Assembly: GCA_013416795.1 (NCBI GenBank) | Contig: RQSC01000005.1 | Span: 65,764 to 129,763 of the forward strand | Reading direction: 5' to 3' | Source: Prasinococcaceae sp. CCMP 1430 | Lineage: Eukaryota; Plantae; Prasinodermophyta | DNA: 64,000 nucleotides | Shown here: piece by piece, positions 21,037 through 32,560 of the stretch | How the letters are laid out: the number at the start of each line of letters is the position of its first letter | Numbering within the stretch: the first letter of the stretch is position 1 | The notes under the pieces: generated by a model | What the model saw: only the letters and a program-made list of their open reading frames with translations | What the model was told of the DNA's origin: nothing | Databases searched by the model: none | Position numbers and translations under genes: made by a program

Positions 21037-24000
21037 TCAGTCGAAGCCGGCGATGGGCGAGCCGCGGCCCTCCTGAGCGCCCGCGGTGGAGGGTGCCTGC
21101 CTCTCCAATCGTCGCAAGGCGTTCTCGCATGTGCGCATGACTACTCGGCTGACCACGAGCCATGTGACCGCCGCCATGACCAGCAGCCAGCTGCCTGGCT
21201 CGAGCATGGAGCGAACGTCGAAGCACGTGTCTACGCCTTTGACCTCTTCATCCAGGTACTCCTTGACGATCGCATCGATGGCATCGCAGCGCCCACCAAT
21301 CATGAAGCGGGAGAACTGCTCAATCTGGAGCACCGAGGCGATGACGGTCACCACGAACACGTCGAGAGCCGCCCAGCTGTTGAGCACCTCGGCTGCGTAG
21401 AATAGCCGCCGCTGCGAGAGCTCGGTGAGCTTGGCGAGCCAGAGGAAGCTCAGCAAAATGAGGTGCGCGAATACGACCACCACCACAAACAGGAGGAACA
21501 TTGCTTGCAAGGCGCGCACTTCAATGCCGTTTGGGGTAGTGCTCGTAGTCGAGATGTCGCGCGCGAGTGACACGGCCGAGAAGCCGCGCGAGGCGTCCGG
21601 GTCGAGCAGCCAGCCGCTGAGGCCCTCGAATTCGAAGCGGAACGTCTCCGAAAATACGCCGACCGCAACCTGGGCAGCACACGTGATCAGCACGACAAGG
21701 ACGAGAGCGCCCCACCTTTTGTGTACACTGCTGCACAGCCGCGAGCGTCCGTTGCTGGCGCCGACGACCGCCTCGGGCACACTCCCGTCCTTGCCAGTGT
21801 CCTCCCGACTTACCCCCATAGCCTGGCGGTGCAAAGCCAGCATCAGATGCCCCGCGAGCAGAGACGATACCGTCGCGCCCATGAAGGTGAACATGCCCGC
21901 CTGCGGCACGACCACGACGTCGATGGCGTCGAAGCTCGAGGGTGGAATCGTTGATTCGTCCGGCGTCTGCAAGTGCAAGCGAAAGGCCACCATGAAGAGG
22001 CACATCATGAACGAATCGATGAGCGACCACTTCCCCAGTGCATCGAGCGCCATGAGCAAGCGCTCGCGGCTCAACGCGGACATGTAGCACGGCGGCGTGA
22101 GCCAGCAGAAGAGCATGAGTAGCAGCTTGCAGTACGGCCACCCGCCGCTGAAGAACGCCACTATGGCAGCGAGCGCGTACACCCTGGCATGAATCATGTC
22201 ACGCACTGAGTTGACCAGCGAAAACTGGAAGAGCGGCGGCAGGCGCACCAACTGTGGCGCACCAGTGCCACCAGAGTACTCCACACGCAGCTCAACCGAC
22301 GCGCCAGAGCTCAAAATCCCCGCCAGAAACAACAATATGGTGCCAATCACCATCAAGACCATGCTCCACGCTGTCGTGCGTGCCACCTGAGGGTGCCACA
22401 TGAGTGCCGCGCGCGACTTTGCGCCTGTGCTACCGTGACGCCCTTCGGCGTCACCATCGTCGCAGCCATCCGTGAGCTGGAGCAGTGCCTCGTGTGCATC
22501 CAGCAGGCGAGCGTCTGTGTGCGCGTCCTCGCCGCGCCCGCGCGCGATCCATCTGCTGCATTTGCGTGCGGTGCCGCGTACGGCTGAGCTCACCGTAAGT
22601 AGCGCACACAGCAGGTAGCACGCCGTTGCGAGCGAAAGAAAAATAGGCAAGGTCACGCTCTTGGGCACGAGAGTCGAATCGTAGCCACGGTAGCACGTCT
22701 TGCCCGCGGTCATGTTGGTCACAGCAGAGTGCAGCCGCCCGGCAATAGCCGCACGCGCTGGGCCGCCCACGGCACCCGCGACAAGCGTCGTCAAGGCGCC
22801 GCCGTAGTCATCGAGCAACATGCTCACCACTGTGTCGATGGTTGCATCCAGCGAGGCCTCGAGCGGCCCGCCCGACAGCGGCGTGATCTTCAGCTTCGAA
22901 ACTTTGACGTTCGCGTCGAGCTCGAGGATTTCGACGCCCGTCAGGGCCTCGCCAATGCACCCGGGGTCAGAGAACTCGTTGAGCGTGAGATCCCGCACAA
23001 CCGCCGAGTCGACGTCCAGGAAAATGTCGGCGCCAATCATGACCGGCGCGAGCGCAGCACGCACGACCACGCGCTCCGTGAGCACACTGCCGTGCACCGT
23101 GGCGTTGGTCGGAGTCACGGCGATCAGTGCGTCTGCCTCGAAGGTGAGCCTGCTCAGCCACACGGACGCGTGGATCACGCCTGGCGCACCCGCCACGGGC
23201 CCGTCGATGCTCTTGACACTATCGAGCCCACCTATTGTCGCGGAGGTGGCATTAAACGCCACAGTGCCTAGGCCAGGAAGAACCCACGCGCCGCCGATGG
23301 CCTGCGGGGGCAGCTCAAGCGCGCCCGTGTCGTTCGTCGCGAGCCGCGCGATCTCGTTGATGCCCCAGTGCGGGTCAGCATCCAGCACGCCGCGCACGAA
23401 GTACGCAGCCGCTTTAATGAGCGTGTTTGTGGTCCAGTCGACAGCGCCCGCTTTGACCGGCGGTGTGGGTTGCGGTTGGACGGGTTTCAAAAGGGGGGAG
23501 AGCTCGGCGTCGGAGGATGCAATTAGCGCGGTCAGGTTGTTCGAAACAGCCTCGGTGAGCGCCGTGCACAACGCGCCGTCGACGACGCTCTCCAGGACGC
23601 CTCGGAGCGGCCCTTGAAGCTCTTCCAGCACCCACTCCAGCATTGACGCGCCCGTGAGGGAAATATTGGTGGCGTGGACACGCGCATTGCACTCCGCCAC
23701 ATGAGCCACGCGTGGCAGCGCGGCGCCGGCATGCCTGTCGGACGAGAGTGAGAGGGTCACGTCGACTGCGCTGTCCTCTAGCATGCCCCGCAGTTTGCCA
23801 CTGCCCTGCGCTGTCCTCTTGAGAGGCACGAACACGTAACTCCAGTTGCCCTCACACCGGAGCGACACGCCCGTGGCCGCGAGCGCCACCTCTTCGCGCG
23901 CCGGCCTCCGAGGCGTCAGACCGCCGAGCACTGCGCCACCGCACGTGAGCGCGTCAAACGACACGTTGAAGTCGGCGACTGTGAATGACTGCGGCGGCAC

Positions 24001-24195
24001 GCTCAACTTCAGGCCGGCGAGCCACTCAGCCAGCCACTCGCTCGCCCCATGGGGCTCTGGCGCCGCTGGGGTGCCCAGTGCTGTGCTGGCAGCTGCCACC
24101 TCAGCAGTCGCCACTTTGTCGGCGGTAGCGAGGAGCGCAACAGAGAGCAACAGCGCGGCCGCAGCCGCGGTCGGGCGCAGCTGTGCCTGCGCCAT
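21037..24195 (-). CDS. Large secretory-pathway membrane protein: signal peptide + beta-rich lumenal region + two PqiA-like TM domains
   Basis: Signal peptide (AAAAALLLSVALLA). PqiA-like repeat 1 FSLVNSV...FFSGGWPYCKL...LGKWSLIDSFM and repeat 2 FSAVSL...LNSWAALDVFVV. Intronless, 1052 aa. Confidence 0.75.
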   Translation of the reverse strand: MAQAQLRPTAAAAALLLSVALLATADKVATAEVAAASTALGTPAAPEPHGASEWLAEWLAGLKLSVPPQSFTVADFNVSFDALTCGGAVLGGLTPRRPAREEVALAATGVSLRCEGNWSYVFVPLKRTAQGSGKLRGMLEDSAVDVTLSLSSDRHAGAALPRVAHVAECNARVHATNISLTGASMLEWVLEELQGPLRGVLESVVDGALCTALTEAVSNNLTALIASSDAELSPLLKPVQPQPTPPVKAGAVDWTTNTLIKAAAYFVRGVLDADPHWGINEIARLATNDTGALELPPQAIGGAWVLPGLGTVAFNATSATIGGLDSVKSIDGPVAGAPGVIHASVWLSRLTFEADALIAVTPTNATVHGSVLTERVVVRAALAPVMIGADIFLDVDSAVVRDLTLNEFSDPGCIGEALTGVEILELDANVKVSKLKITPLSGGPLEASLDATIDTVVSMLLDDYGGALTTLVAGAVGGPARAAIAGRLHSAVTNMTAGKTCYRGYDSTLVPKSVTLPIFLSLATACYLLCALLTVSSAVRGTARKCSRWIARGRGEDAHTDARLLDAHEALLQLTDGCDDGDAEGRHGSTGAKSRAALMWHPQVARTTAWSMVLMVIGTILLFLAGILSSGASVELRVEYSGGTGAPQLVRLPPLFQFSLVNSVRDMIHARVYALAAIVAFFSGGWPYCKLLLMLFCWLTPPCYMSALSRERLLMALDALGKWSLIDSFMMCLFMVAFRLHLQTPDESTIPPSSFDAIDVVVVPQAGMFTFMGATVSSLLAGHLMLALHRQAMGVSREDTGKDGSVPEAVVGASNGRSRLCSSVHKRWGALVLVVLITCAAQVAVGVFSETFRFEFEGLSGWLLDPDASRGFSAVSLARDISTTSTTPNGIEVRALQAMFLLFVVVVVFAHLILLSFLWLAKLTELSQRRLFYAAEVLNSWAALDVFVVTVIASVLQIEQFSRFMIGGRCDAIDAIVKEYLDEEVKGVDTCFDVRSMLEPGSWLLVMAAVTWLVVSRVVMRTCENALRRLERQAPSTAGAQEGRGSPIAGFD

Positions 24196-24695
24196 TGGCG
24201 CACCCCCCTCGCACCCAGAGAACGTGCGCGAGAGGCGCAGCGCTCGCAAGCGCACGCGCGCCCTCAGGTGTGGGTGTCGGGACGTTCGGGCGCACGAGCT
24301 TGGTTGGTCTCAAATCCACTGTGCGCACGTTGCCCACGCGCGTGCGCGCGTGCGCGCGGGGAAAGGGGGGGGGGCTCGTCGCTTACGCCCGCCCGCCCCC
24401 CCACCCGCAAGATAGCGCGAGTGTCCCTCCCCACCCCCCTCTGCACGCCCACCCGCTCGCCGCGCCGCACCCGCGCGGCGCGCGCGGTGTGGTGGCAACT
24501 TCCTCGCGGCCGGCCGTTCGCAGCTGAAGCGGTGCGACGCCTTTTTTTTTCCCCTCCCCTCCCCCCGCTGTGGAAGAAAGCCACGCAAAGCTCGCCTGAC
24601 CTTCCTCCCCGCGCGGAGGTGAATATTTTTTTAATGGCGGTCTGTCTGCACTGGGCGTGCTCACTGTGGCTGGGGGCGGCGCGCGCGGAGAATGC

Positions 24696-26455
24696 CTACG
24701 CCTTGGTGGGGCCGACCATGTCAGCGGGGACGATCCACTTGTCAAACTCCTCAGAGCTGACCTTGCCGAGCGCCACGGCCGCCTCCTTGAGCGTGGTGCC
24801 CTCCTTGTGCGCCTTCTTCGCGGCAGCGGCCGCGTTGTCGTAGCCGATGTGGGGGTTGAGCGCGGTCACCAGCATGAGGCTTTCGTTGAGGAGTTGCGCG
24901 ATGCGGTCCTCGTTGGCGACGATGCCCACCACGCAGTTGCGCTCGAAGGATTCGGCGGCATCAGCGATAATGCGCATCGAGTGCAGAACGCCGTTGGCCA
25001 TCATTGGCTTGAAGACGTTGAGCTGCAAAGAGGGTCGAGGCGCGGGGTGTCCACGAGGGCGCAGCGCGAGTCAGCGCTGGGCTTGGCACTGCGCGCGCCG
25101 AGGCCATCGGCGCTGGCACACGCGCGGCGCACGCCGTCGCACCTCAAAGTGACCATTGGAGCCGCCGATGGAGACGGCGGTATGGTTGCCAATGACCTGC
25201 GCGCAGACCATTGTGAGAGCCTCGCACTGCGTGGGGTTGACCTTGCCCGGCATAATGGAGCTGCCCGGCTCGTTCTCGGGAAGGGAGAGCTCACCGAGGC
25301 CACAGCGCGGGCCGCTGGCGAGGAAGCGAATGTCGTTGGCGACCTTCATGAGCGAGCATGCCACCACGTTGAGGGCGCCGCTCATCTCGACCATCGCATC
25401 GTGCGCGGCCATCGCCTCGAACTTGTTGCGCGCGGTCACAAACGGGAGCCCCGTGGCGGCGGCCACGTTCTCGGCGACCTTCTCGGCGAAGCCCTCCTTG
25501 GTGTTGAGACCCGTGCCGACGGCCGTGCCGCCCTGCGCGAGCTCGAGCACCGCGGGCAGCGCGGCGCGGACGCGCGCTGCGCCGTTGGCCACCTGCGCGG
25601 CATACCCGCCGAACTCCTGGCCAAGCGTCAGCGGCACAGCATCCTGGGTGTGCGTGCGGCCAATCTTGACGATGTGGTCGAACTCCTCCGCCTTCTTGGC
25701 GAGCGCCGCGCTGAGCGAGTCGAGCGCGGGCGCCACGCGCTGCGCGGCCTCGGTGGCGGCCGCGATGTGCATCACGCTCGGAAAGGTGTCGTTCGAGCTC
25801 TGGCCTCGGTTGACGTGGTCGTTGGGGTGAACGAGGGTCTTGTCGCCGAGCTCGCCGCCCAGAATCTCGCACGCGCGGTTGGCGATGACCTCGTTTGAGT
25901 TCATGTTCGACTGCGTGCCTGAGCCTGTCTGCCACACGACGAGCGGGAAATGGTCGTCGAGCTCGCCGGCAGCGACCTCGCCGGCGGCCTGCACGATCGC
26001 GCTGCCAACCTTGGCGTCCAGGCCGTGGTCCATGTTGGCCTGTGCGGTGGCGCGCTGTCGGTGCGCGGGAAGTGGGGAAGCGCCACGCCGCGGGGCGAAA
26101 AGGTCCGCGGCCAGTGCCGCGATTGGGCGCGTGCGTCAGTTGCTGCTCCTGCTGCGGCGGCTGCGGCGGCTGCGGCTGCGGCGGGCAGGCGTGTGCTCCA
26201 GCGCAACCCCAATCGCACCTTGAGCACGCCGAACGCGCGAACGATCGGCAGCGGCATGCGGTCGCGCGGCCCGCCGATCTTGAAGTTCTGTAGCGAGCGC
26301 TGCGTCTGCGCGCCCCAGTAGCGGTCCGCGGGCACCTCCAACGGCCCGAAGGTATCCGCCTCGACGCGCACCGCCTGCGAGGCCGCTGCTGCCGCCGAGT
26401 AGGCACGGCCTCGCGCCGCCACCGCAGCAGCGCGCGCCGCCGCGCGCGCGAGCAT
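24696..26455 (-). CDS. fumC: Class II fumarate hydratase, mitochondrial, spliced
   Basis: [43 protein letters not shown] and signature [15 protein letters not shown]. Introns 26055-26218 and 25023-25142. Ala/Arg-rich presequence ending RGRAYS. Confidence 0.97.
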
Positions 26456-26995
26456 CGCTGCTGCGCGCTGCCGATCACCCGCGGCCGGCCCCACCCTAAC
26501 ACCCCCCCTCCACCCCGTCGAGCGTCGCCGTCGATCACCCTCACCGCCCCTCCCGCGCGCCCCGCGCGTGCAGTGTTGCACCGGCTCTGCGCCCCCTCCC
26601 CCCACCCTGCCCGCCTGTCCTGCCCCGGCGGCCACGTCAGCGGCCGCGCTGCGGCCGATGGCCCAATGCGCCCGCTCGCGACGGCCCGCGTGCGAAATCG
26701 CGGTGGGTTAGGGGTAGGGTTTAGGTATGATGTGCCGTGCGTCGCACTGAAATTGACCATCAAATTGGATGGGATGACCCTGCGACAGGGTCTCCACTCG
26801 CAGCCTTGGTCGGACCCGGTAGGCAGCGGCCGCTGTGAGGAGGGCACGTGCACTTTGACCTCGTTATCCTCTAGGACGGGGGGGAGCCACTCTGCACGTG
26901 CGTCGCGGGTGGGTGGGGTGGGGCGGGAGCTCCTCTCTCTCCTCGTACGCCGAGCTCCTCGTGAGCGCCGCCAGGTGCTAGCGGTTGGGGCTGTC

Positions 26996-27763
26996 ATGCT
27001 CGGCGCCCGCGCGCGCGCGCCCGCGCCCTCGCACGCCGGCGCATCACGCGCGCGCGCGGTCCCGCGAACGCGGCGCGCGTGCAGGCGCGCACGCCCCTGC
27101 GCCAGCGGCGATGACGTAGGGACCGAGGCGGGGTCGGAGGCGCTCCAGCGGCCGTGGGCGAGCCCTGGATATCGCGGCGCGCGTGTTTCGGCGCTGCCCG
27201 AGACGGAGCAGCAGCGCTTCCTCGCGTACGCCGCGGGCGGCCTGGTGGCGGCGACTGTCGTCTCGTGCGCGCTCGTGGCGCCCGCGCTGAAGGGCGCCAC
27301 CCCCGACTTCCTGTGGTCACTCTCGCGCGCCACGTGGCCTGCCATCGGCCTTACGTACGTTGCCGCGGGATACGCGCACTTCGCGATTGAGCAGGGCTTC
27401 CTGGACATGTACCCGCACGAGGGCGCGTGGGGCATGTGGCGGCTGCCAGGCTCTGCGCGCTTCCACGTCGCATGGACTGGCGTGGCGGAGATCGCTGGCG
27501 GTGCCGGTTTAATCGTCGGCGCGCTCCCCCTGGGCTTCGTTCCGGCGTGGGTTGAGCCGGCGAGCGCGCTGGGGATGATCGCGCTCACCGCCGCGGTCAC
27601 TCCTGCCAACATGTACATGTACACGCACAATGCTCCCGGCCCGCTGCCCGAGGACGCCGACGAGAGCATGCAGGTGCTCACGCCCGCGCAGCACCTCGCC
27701 CGGGCGGGCCTCCAGGTTTTCCTGTGGACCATCCTGTGGGGCTGCGCGACCGAGCCCTGGTAG
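26996..27763 (+). CDS. DoxX-like membrane protein with a transit peptide-like N-terminus
   Basis: AGYAHF...MYPHEGAWGMWRLPGSARFHVAWTGVAEIAGGAGL...AVTPANMYMYTH...HLARAGLQ. Confidence 0.75.
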   Translation: MLGARARAPAPSHAGASRARAVPRTRRACRRARPCASGDDVGTEAGSEALQRPWASPGYRGARVSALPETEQQRFLAYAAGGLVAATVVSCALVAPALKGATPDFLWSLSRATWPAIGLTYVAAGYAHFAIEQGFLDMYPHEGAWGMWRLPGSARFHVAWTGVAEIAGGAGLIVGALPLGFVPAWVEPASALGMIALTAAVTPANMYMYTHNAPGPLPEDADESMQVLTPAQHLARAGLQVFLWTILWGCATEPW

Positions 27764-28333
27764 CACTGCGATACACGTGCCCGGCACGGTGAGGGGCCTG
27801 CTCGTTGCGGGCGTTGACGGGGCCGCGCCCCGCAGGCAGCGCGGTGGGTGCCCAAGCGCATCATCTGCGGCGGCGCCCGAGGCGCGCCCGCGGCCTTTGT
27901 AAAAAAAAAGCGCGTTTTTTTAGCTGTCGTGTCGAATCGCCTGCAGAAAGAGCGGAGGGTGGGACGGCGGCCCTCGCCAGTTGCAGTTGCAGCTCCGTTG
28001 ATTGACGCCCCCATCGCTCTGATGATGGGACTCTCTGTGGCCTTTTGCGTGTTTGCGTTTGCGCCGTCTCTCCCTGGCCGGCCGCGCGCTTTTCGGATCG
28101 GATCGGACTGTGGCTGCGTGCGAGTGGGGAGCGCCCACTCGTCGGACGCGAGTGTCGGAGCTCATCAGTCAGAGGTCGCCCCTCCGCCCTGCGCGCCGAA
28201 CGTTGGGGGCAGGCAGGCATCGGACCGACGGACCGACAGACCGACCGACGGGCACAGCCTCTTCCCAACCGTATATACCTTCATTCCCTTTTCTTTGCCT
28301 GTGCGCGCGGCGGCGGTTCCTCGCGCTTTTCGG

Positions 28334-31300
28334 ATGGCTGGGCTTTTTGAACTTTTTCAATCCGTTTCCGCCTCGAATGCCAGAACGCAGGGGTGGGGGG
28401 GGAGGGCGGAGCGGCGGCGGCTGGCGCGAGCGCGCGCGAGCGCGCGCGCGCGAGCGAGCGAGCGAGCGCAAACGCGAGCGAGCGGACGGGCTGTGCGGAG
28501 CGGCGCGGCGTGGGGGCACGCCCGAGGGACACCCCNNNNNNNNNNNNNNNNNNNNNNNNNNNNNNNNNNNNNNNNNNNNNNNNNNNNNNNNNNNNNNNNN
28601 NNNNNNNNNNNNNNNNNNNNNNNNNNNNNNNNNNNNNNNNNNNNNNNNNNNNNNNNNNNNNNNNNNNNCTGCACGTTGCGGACCCGCCGCAGCCGCGGGG
28701 CGATGCCTCCCCGCGCGCGGCGCAAAAGCGTCCGGCGCCCGCGCAGGACGACGCCCAGGACGGTGGCGCGAGCCCGGGCGGCAAGAAACGGTCCAAGAGG
28801 GCCCGCAAGGACTCTGCGGCCGGCGGCGGCTCCACGAGCAACGGGGGGGTCGCCGCGGCCGCCGCGGCGGCGGGCGCGGCATCCACCGCGCTGCCGACGT
28901 TGCGGCGCGCCTCAGCTGATGGCGCGGGCGTGCGAGCGCTGTGCACCATCGACGCGCTCGAGTTCGGCTGGCCGGCGGAGCGCGCGGTGGGCACCGGGCT
29001 GAGCAACCTCGGCAACACGTGCTTCCTAAACAGCGTGATGCAGTGCCTAGCGCACACGCGGCCCCTCGCGGCGGCGGCGCTCGATGGCACGCTCGAGAAG
29101 CAGGGCCGCGCCAAGGGCGTCAAGTTCGACGCGCTCGGCATGGTGGCCGCGCACGTGCGCCGAGCCCTCGCGCCCCACGCGCGCGTGTACTCGCCGCAGC
29201 CCATCGTGCGCTTGCTGCCGCGCCTCTCGAGGCAATTCCGCCCAGGGAGGCAGGAGGACGCGCACGAGCTCTCGCGCTACCTCATCGACGCCATGCAGGA
29301 GTGCTCGCTGCCCAGCAAGAAGACGCCGCCCGCAGTCGCGGACACCACCTTCGTGCACCAGCTCTTCGGGGGCAAGTTTCGATCGCAGGTCAAATGCCTG
29401 CACTGCGGGTACGAATCCAACACATTCGAGCCGTTCCTCGACCTCTCGCTCGAGCTGAGCAAGAGGACGGCGTCGGTGGGCACGGCGTTGCGCGGCTTCA
29501 CTGCCAAGGAAATCCTCGAGGGCTCAAACGCGTACAAGTGCCCGCGATGCAACGGCCTCGTCAAGGCCTCCAAGCAGATGCTCATAGGCTCCGCGCCGCC
29601 CGTGCTGACCGTGCATCTCAAGCGCTTCGGCTTCGGGGGCTTCGGGGGTGCGTGCGCAGCGCTCGCTGCTAGCAAGGCGCTGCTGCGGGCGGGCATGCTG
29701 CGTTCGCGCCCGCGCACGCTGGCGCGTGGGTGGTCGACCGTATGCGCGCCGCGCGCCGTGGCGGACGCCCGTCAACCGGCGCTGACACCGAGCTCGCGCG
29801 CGGCGGACAGGTTTCGGTGGCTTCGGCGGCGGGGGCGGCAAGAAGATCGATCGCCACATCGAGTTCAGCACTAAGCTTGACCTGCGTCCGTACATGGTGT
29901 CGCACGGCCATTCCGGCGGGCGCGGTGGCCAGGGGCGCTACAACCTGCACGGTGTCCTCGTACACGCGGGCGGCAGCGTACACTCGGGCCATTACTACGC
30001 GTTCGTCAAGGGGGGTGACGGCAAGTGGTACGCCATGGACGACTCGCGAGTCGCGCGTGTGCACGAGGACACCGTCCTCAAGCAGCGCGCGTACATGCTC
30101 TTCTACTCGCAGGAGGTGGGCGCGGGCGTGGCTGCGGGTGCGCAAATCTCTCCTTCAAAGGCATCGCCCTCTGGTAAGGGCAGCGCGAAGGTCGGGGCGA
30201 AGGTGGCGCAGGCCAAGGAGAGCGACAGCGCGGCGGAGAACGTTGGCATGTCAGTTGCGCGCGTGCCAGAGCGCGATTCGAAGACCGAACGCAAGGCTTC
30301 GACGGACAAGTCTAAGGGCAGGAGCAAAACTAAGAGCAAGCCCTCAGATAGCGCCAAGGCGACCGTCGCAGCGTCGGACGTTCCGACCTCGAATGGTGGG
30401 GCTGCCCAGCCCAAGAGAAAGGCCGTCGCCGGCGGAAAGCCGCAAGACCAGCCCGAGAGGCCCGGTGGCAGTGACAGCGACAGCGGTGGCGATGGCGGCA
30501 GGAAGGAAGAGGTGAACCCCGTGCCCAACGCAGACAGCTACTACCGCGCTGGTGCCACAGCTGGGAGCTTGTCGTTCGCCCGGGGCCTCCTGTCGCACAT
30601 TGCCAACCCCTTCCGCTCCCTCCGCACCATGGCACTCTCGAGGCGTGCGCGCATGATCAACAAGGAGAAGCGCGCATTGCAGGCCGCGCACCTGATGCAG
30701 CAGCGCCCAGGCCGTGAGGATCGCAAGCGCAAGGGCGACGGGCGAAAGGACAGACGCGCGGGCTCGGGCTCGCCCGAGGGAAGCCCGCCAGGCAGCCCCG
30801 TGCGCACGCGCGCTTCTCGTGCGCGAGCGAAGGCGGACAAGTTGCAGGTGCTCGCCACACAGGAACGACACAAGGAGAGGGCTTCGGCAAGGTCGGGCAA
30901 ATCGGGGGCGGCGGCCGCAGCGGACGCGCCTGAGGCCGGGAGGACCAGCGCCCAGGCGAAGGGCGCCGCGAGCGCACCCAAGGATGCGGCCAAGGGAGCA
31001 CCTGACGAGGCCACACGTGCGAATGCCCCGTCTGAGGATGTGACGCAGGTACCGGCGCTGTCGGACGTGCTGGGTCTCGGTGGCGGCAAGGGAATCGCCA
31101 CCGACTGGGATGGCAAGGTAAGCAGCATGGGCAAGGCCGCTGGGGGTAAGCGTGCGCGGGGTGGGGCAGCCAAGTACACATCCTACGACGCCGAATACGA
31201 CGCGCCGCGCGCCAAGAAGGTCAAGTCGCGGGATGGTGACGGAGACGCTCTTGCGGAGCATGGAGAGGCGGCTCCCAACCCGTTCACGAACGCCGCGGTG

Positions 31301-31554
31301 AGCGCCAAAAAGGGTGGCTCTAAGTCGCGTGGCGGTGGCAAGGGTGGTGGACGCGGCGACCCGCCTTGGGCGAGTGGCGGTCGCGGCGGCGGGCGCGGCG
31401 GCGGGCGCGGAGGCGGACGCGGAGGCGGGCGCGGAGGTGCGGCGGCGGGCGCGGAGGCGGGCGCGGCGGCGGGCGCGGAGGCGGCGGACGCGGAGGTGGC
31501 CGCGGTCGTGGTGGCAGAGGTGGAGGGCGTGGCAGCGGCCGTGGAAGGAGCTGA
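28334..31554 (+). CDS. Ubiquitin C-terminal hydrolase (USP36/USP42, plant UBP23-like) with an RGG tail; 5' part interrupted by a gap, apparent frameshift near 31440
   Basis: Cys box GLSNLGNTCFLNSVMQCL, QEDAHE, CxxC fingers, and His box YNLHGVLVHAG...GHYYAFVK...WYAMDD. Intron 29648-29810. ATG 28334 is tentative. The unshifted frame would end at 31684. Confidence 0.9.
28536..28668. other. Assembly gap
   Basis: Run of N. Confidence 1.
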
Positions 31555-31713
31555 GAGCTTCAGCCGGCGGCTTCTTCGCCTGAGCGGCAGCTCGGACATT
31601 AATCAGCTTATCGAGCCACCAAATCCTGTACCACCCGAGTGTAGTGCACGTGTCCCCGCACGCGAGAGAGGGATTGCTAGCTAGACGGGCCGCGCTCGCT
31701 AGAGGTGGAGCAT

Positions 31714-32233
31714 TTAGTAGGGGCGCAACGAGAGTAGCTGGACGTCAACTAGCACAGCCTCGGCACCGTCCGGCACGCGCGCCCCGAAGACCTTTCCTCC
31801 ACCGACGTTCTCAAGCACGAGCTCGAAGGGGACGGCAAATTGGCGCCTCTCCCCCACAAGCATCGACATGACTGCACCGTCTTCGTCCTCCAACCACTGG
31901 TGAATTCCGACCTGGTACGCAGTGGATGCGCGTCGGCCCTCCGCGGTCGACGCAAACTCGCGGCCGTTGTTGTCATACGCGGCGAAGACAACCTCCACGA
32001 ATGGAAACGGGCTGAACGATCCGACGGGGTCGAGGATGCCAGCAGCGGCGTCGCCCGCTCCCTCGCGGAGTACGCGCGAGCGCAGGCCGCTGGGCAGCTC
32101 CTCCCAGCCCTCCTCGGGGCCAAGCTCGCTTATGTCGAAGGGCGCGACGGATCGCGGGAGAGGCTCGGGGAACTCGGCCTGCGCGTCGTCGGCGCGCGCG
32201 CGTCCGGGGCCGAGCGCGCCGCCGCGCGCGAGC
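31714..32233 (-). CDS. FKBP-type peptidyl-prolyl isomerase-like protein (thylakoid-lumen type), N-terminus lost in the gap
   Basis: LPSGLRSRVLREGAG...VEVVFAAY...AYQVG...SMLVGERRQFAVPFEL...VDVQLL follows the FKBP fold order, with divergent active-site residues. Confidence 0.75.
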
Positions 32234-32441
32234 NNNNNNNNNNNNNNNNNNNNNNNNNNNNNNNNNNNNNNNNNNNNNNNNNNNNNNNNNNNNNNNNNNN
32301 NNNNNNNNNNNNNNNNNNNNNNNNNNNNNNNNNNNNNNNNNNNNNNNNNNNNNNNNNNNNNNNNNNNNNNNNNNNNNNNNNNNNNNNNNNNNNNNNNNNN
32401 NNNNNNNNNNNNNNNNNNNNNNNNNNNNNNNNNNNNNNNNN
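32234..32441. other. Assembly gap
   Basis: Run of N, flanked by (GGGA)n. Confidence 1.
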
Positions 32442-32560
32442 GGAGGGAGGGAGGGAGGGAGGGAGGGAGGGGGCACTCGCCGCGCGATGCACGCGCGCGC
32501 GCGCGCGCGCGGTACAGGAGGGCTCGCGGTCGGGCGGCGGCGAGCGCGCCCTCACTATCG

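Noticed and set aside
25291-28014. 907-aa minus-strand ORF
   Set aside because: Out-of-frame and antisense shadow across the fumarase and DoxX genes, with low-complexity Arg-rich translation.
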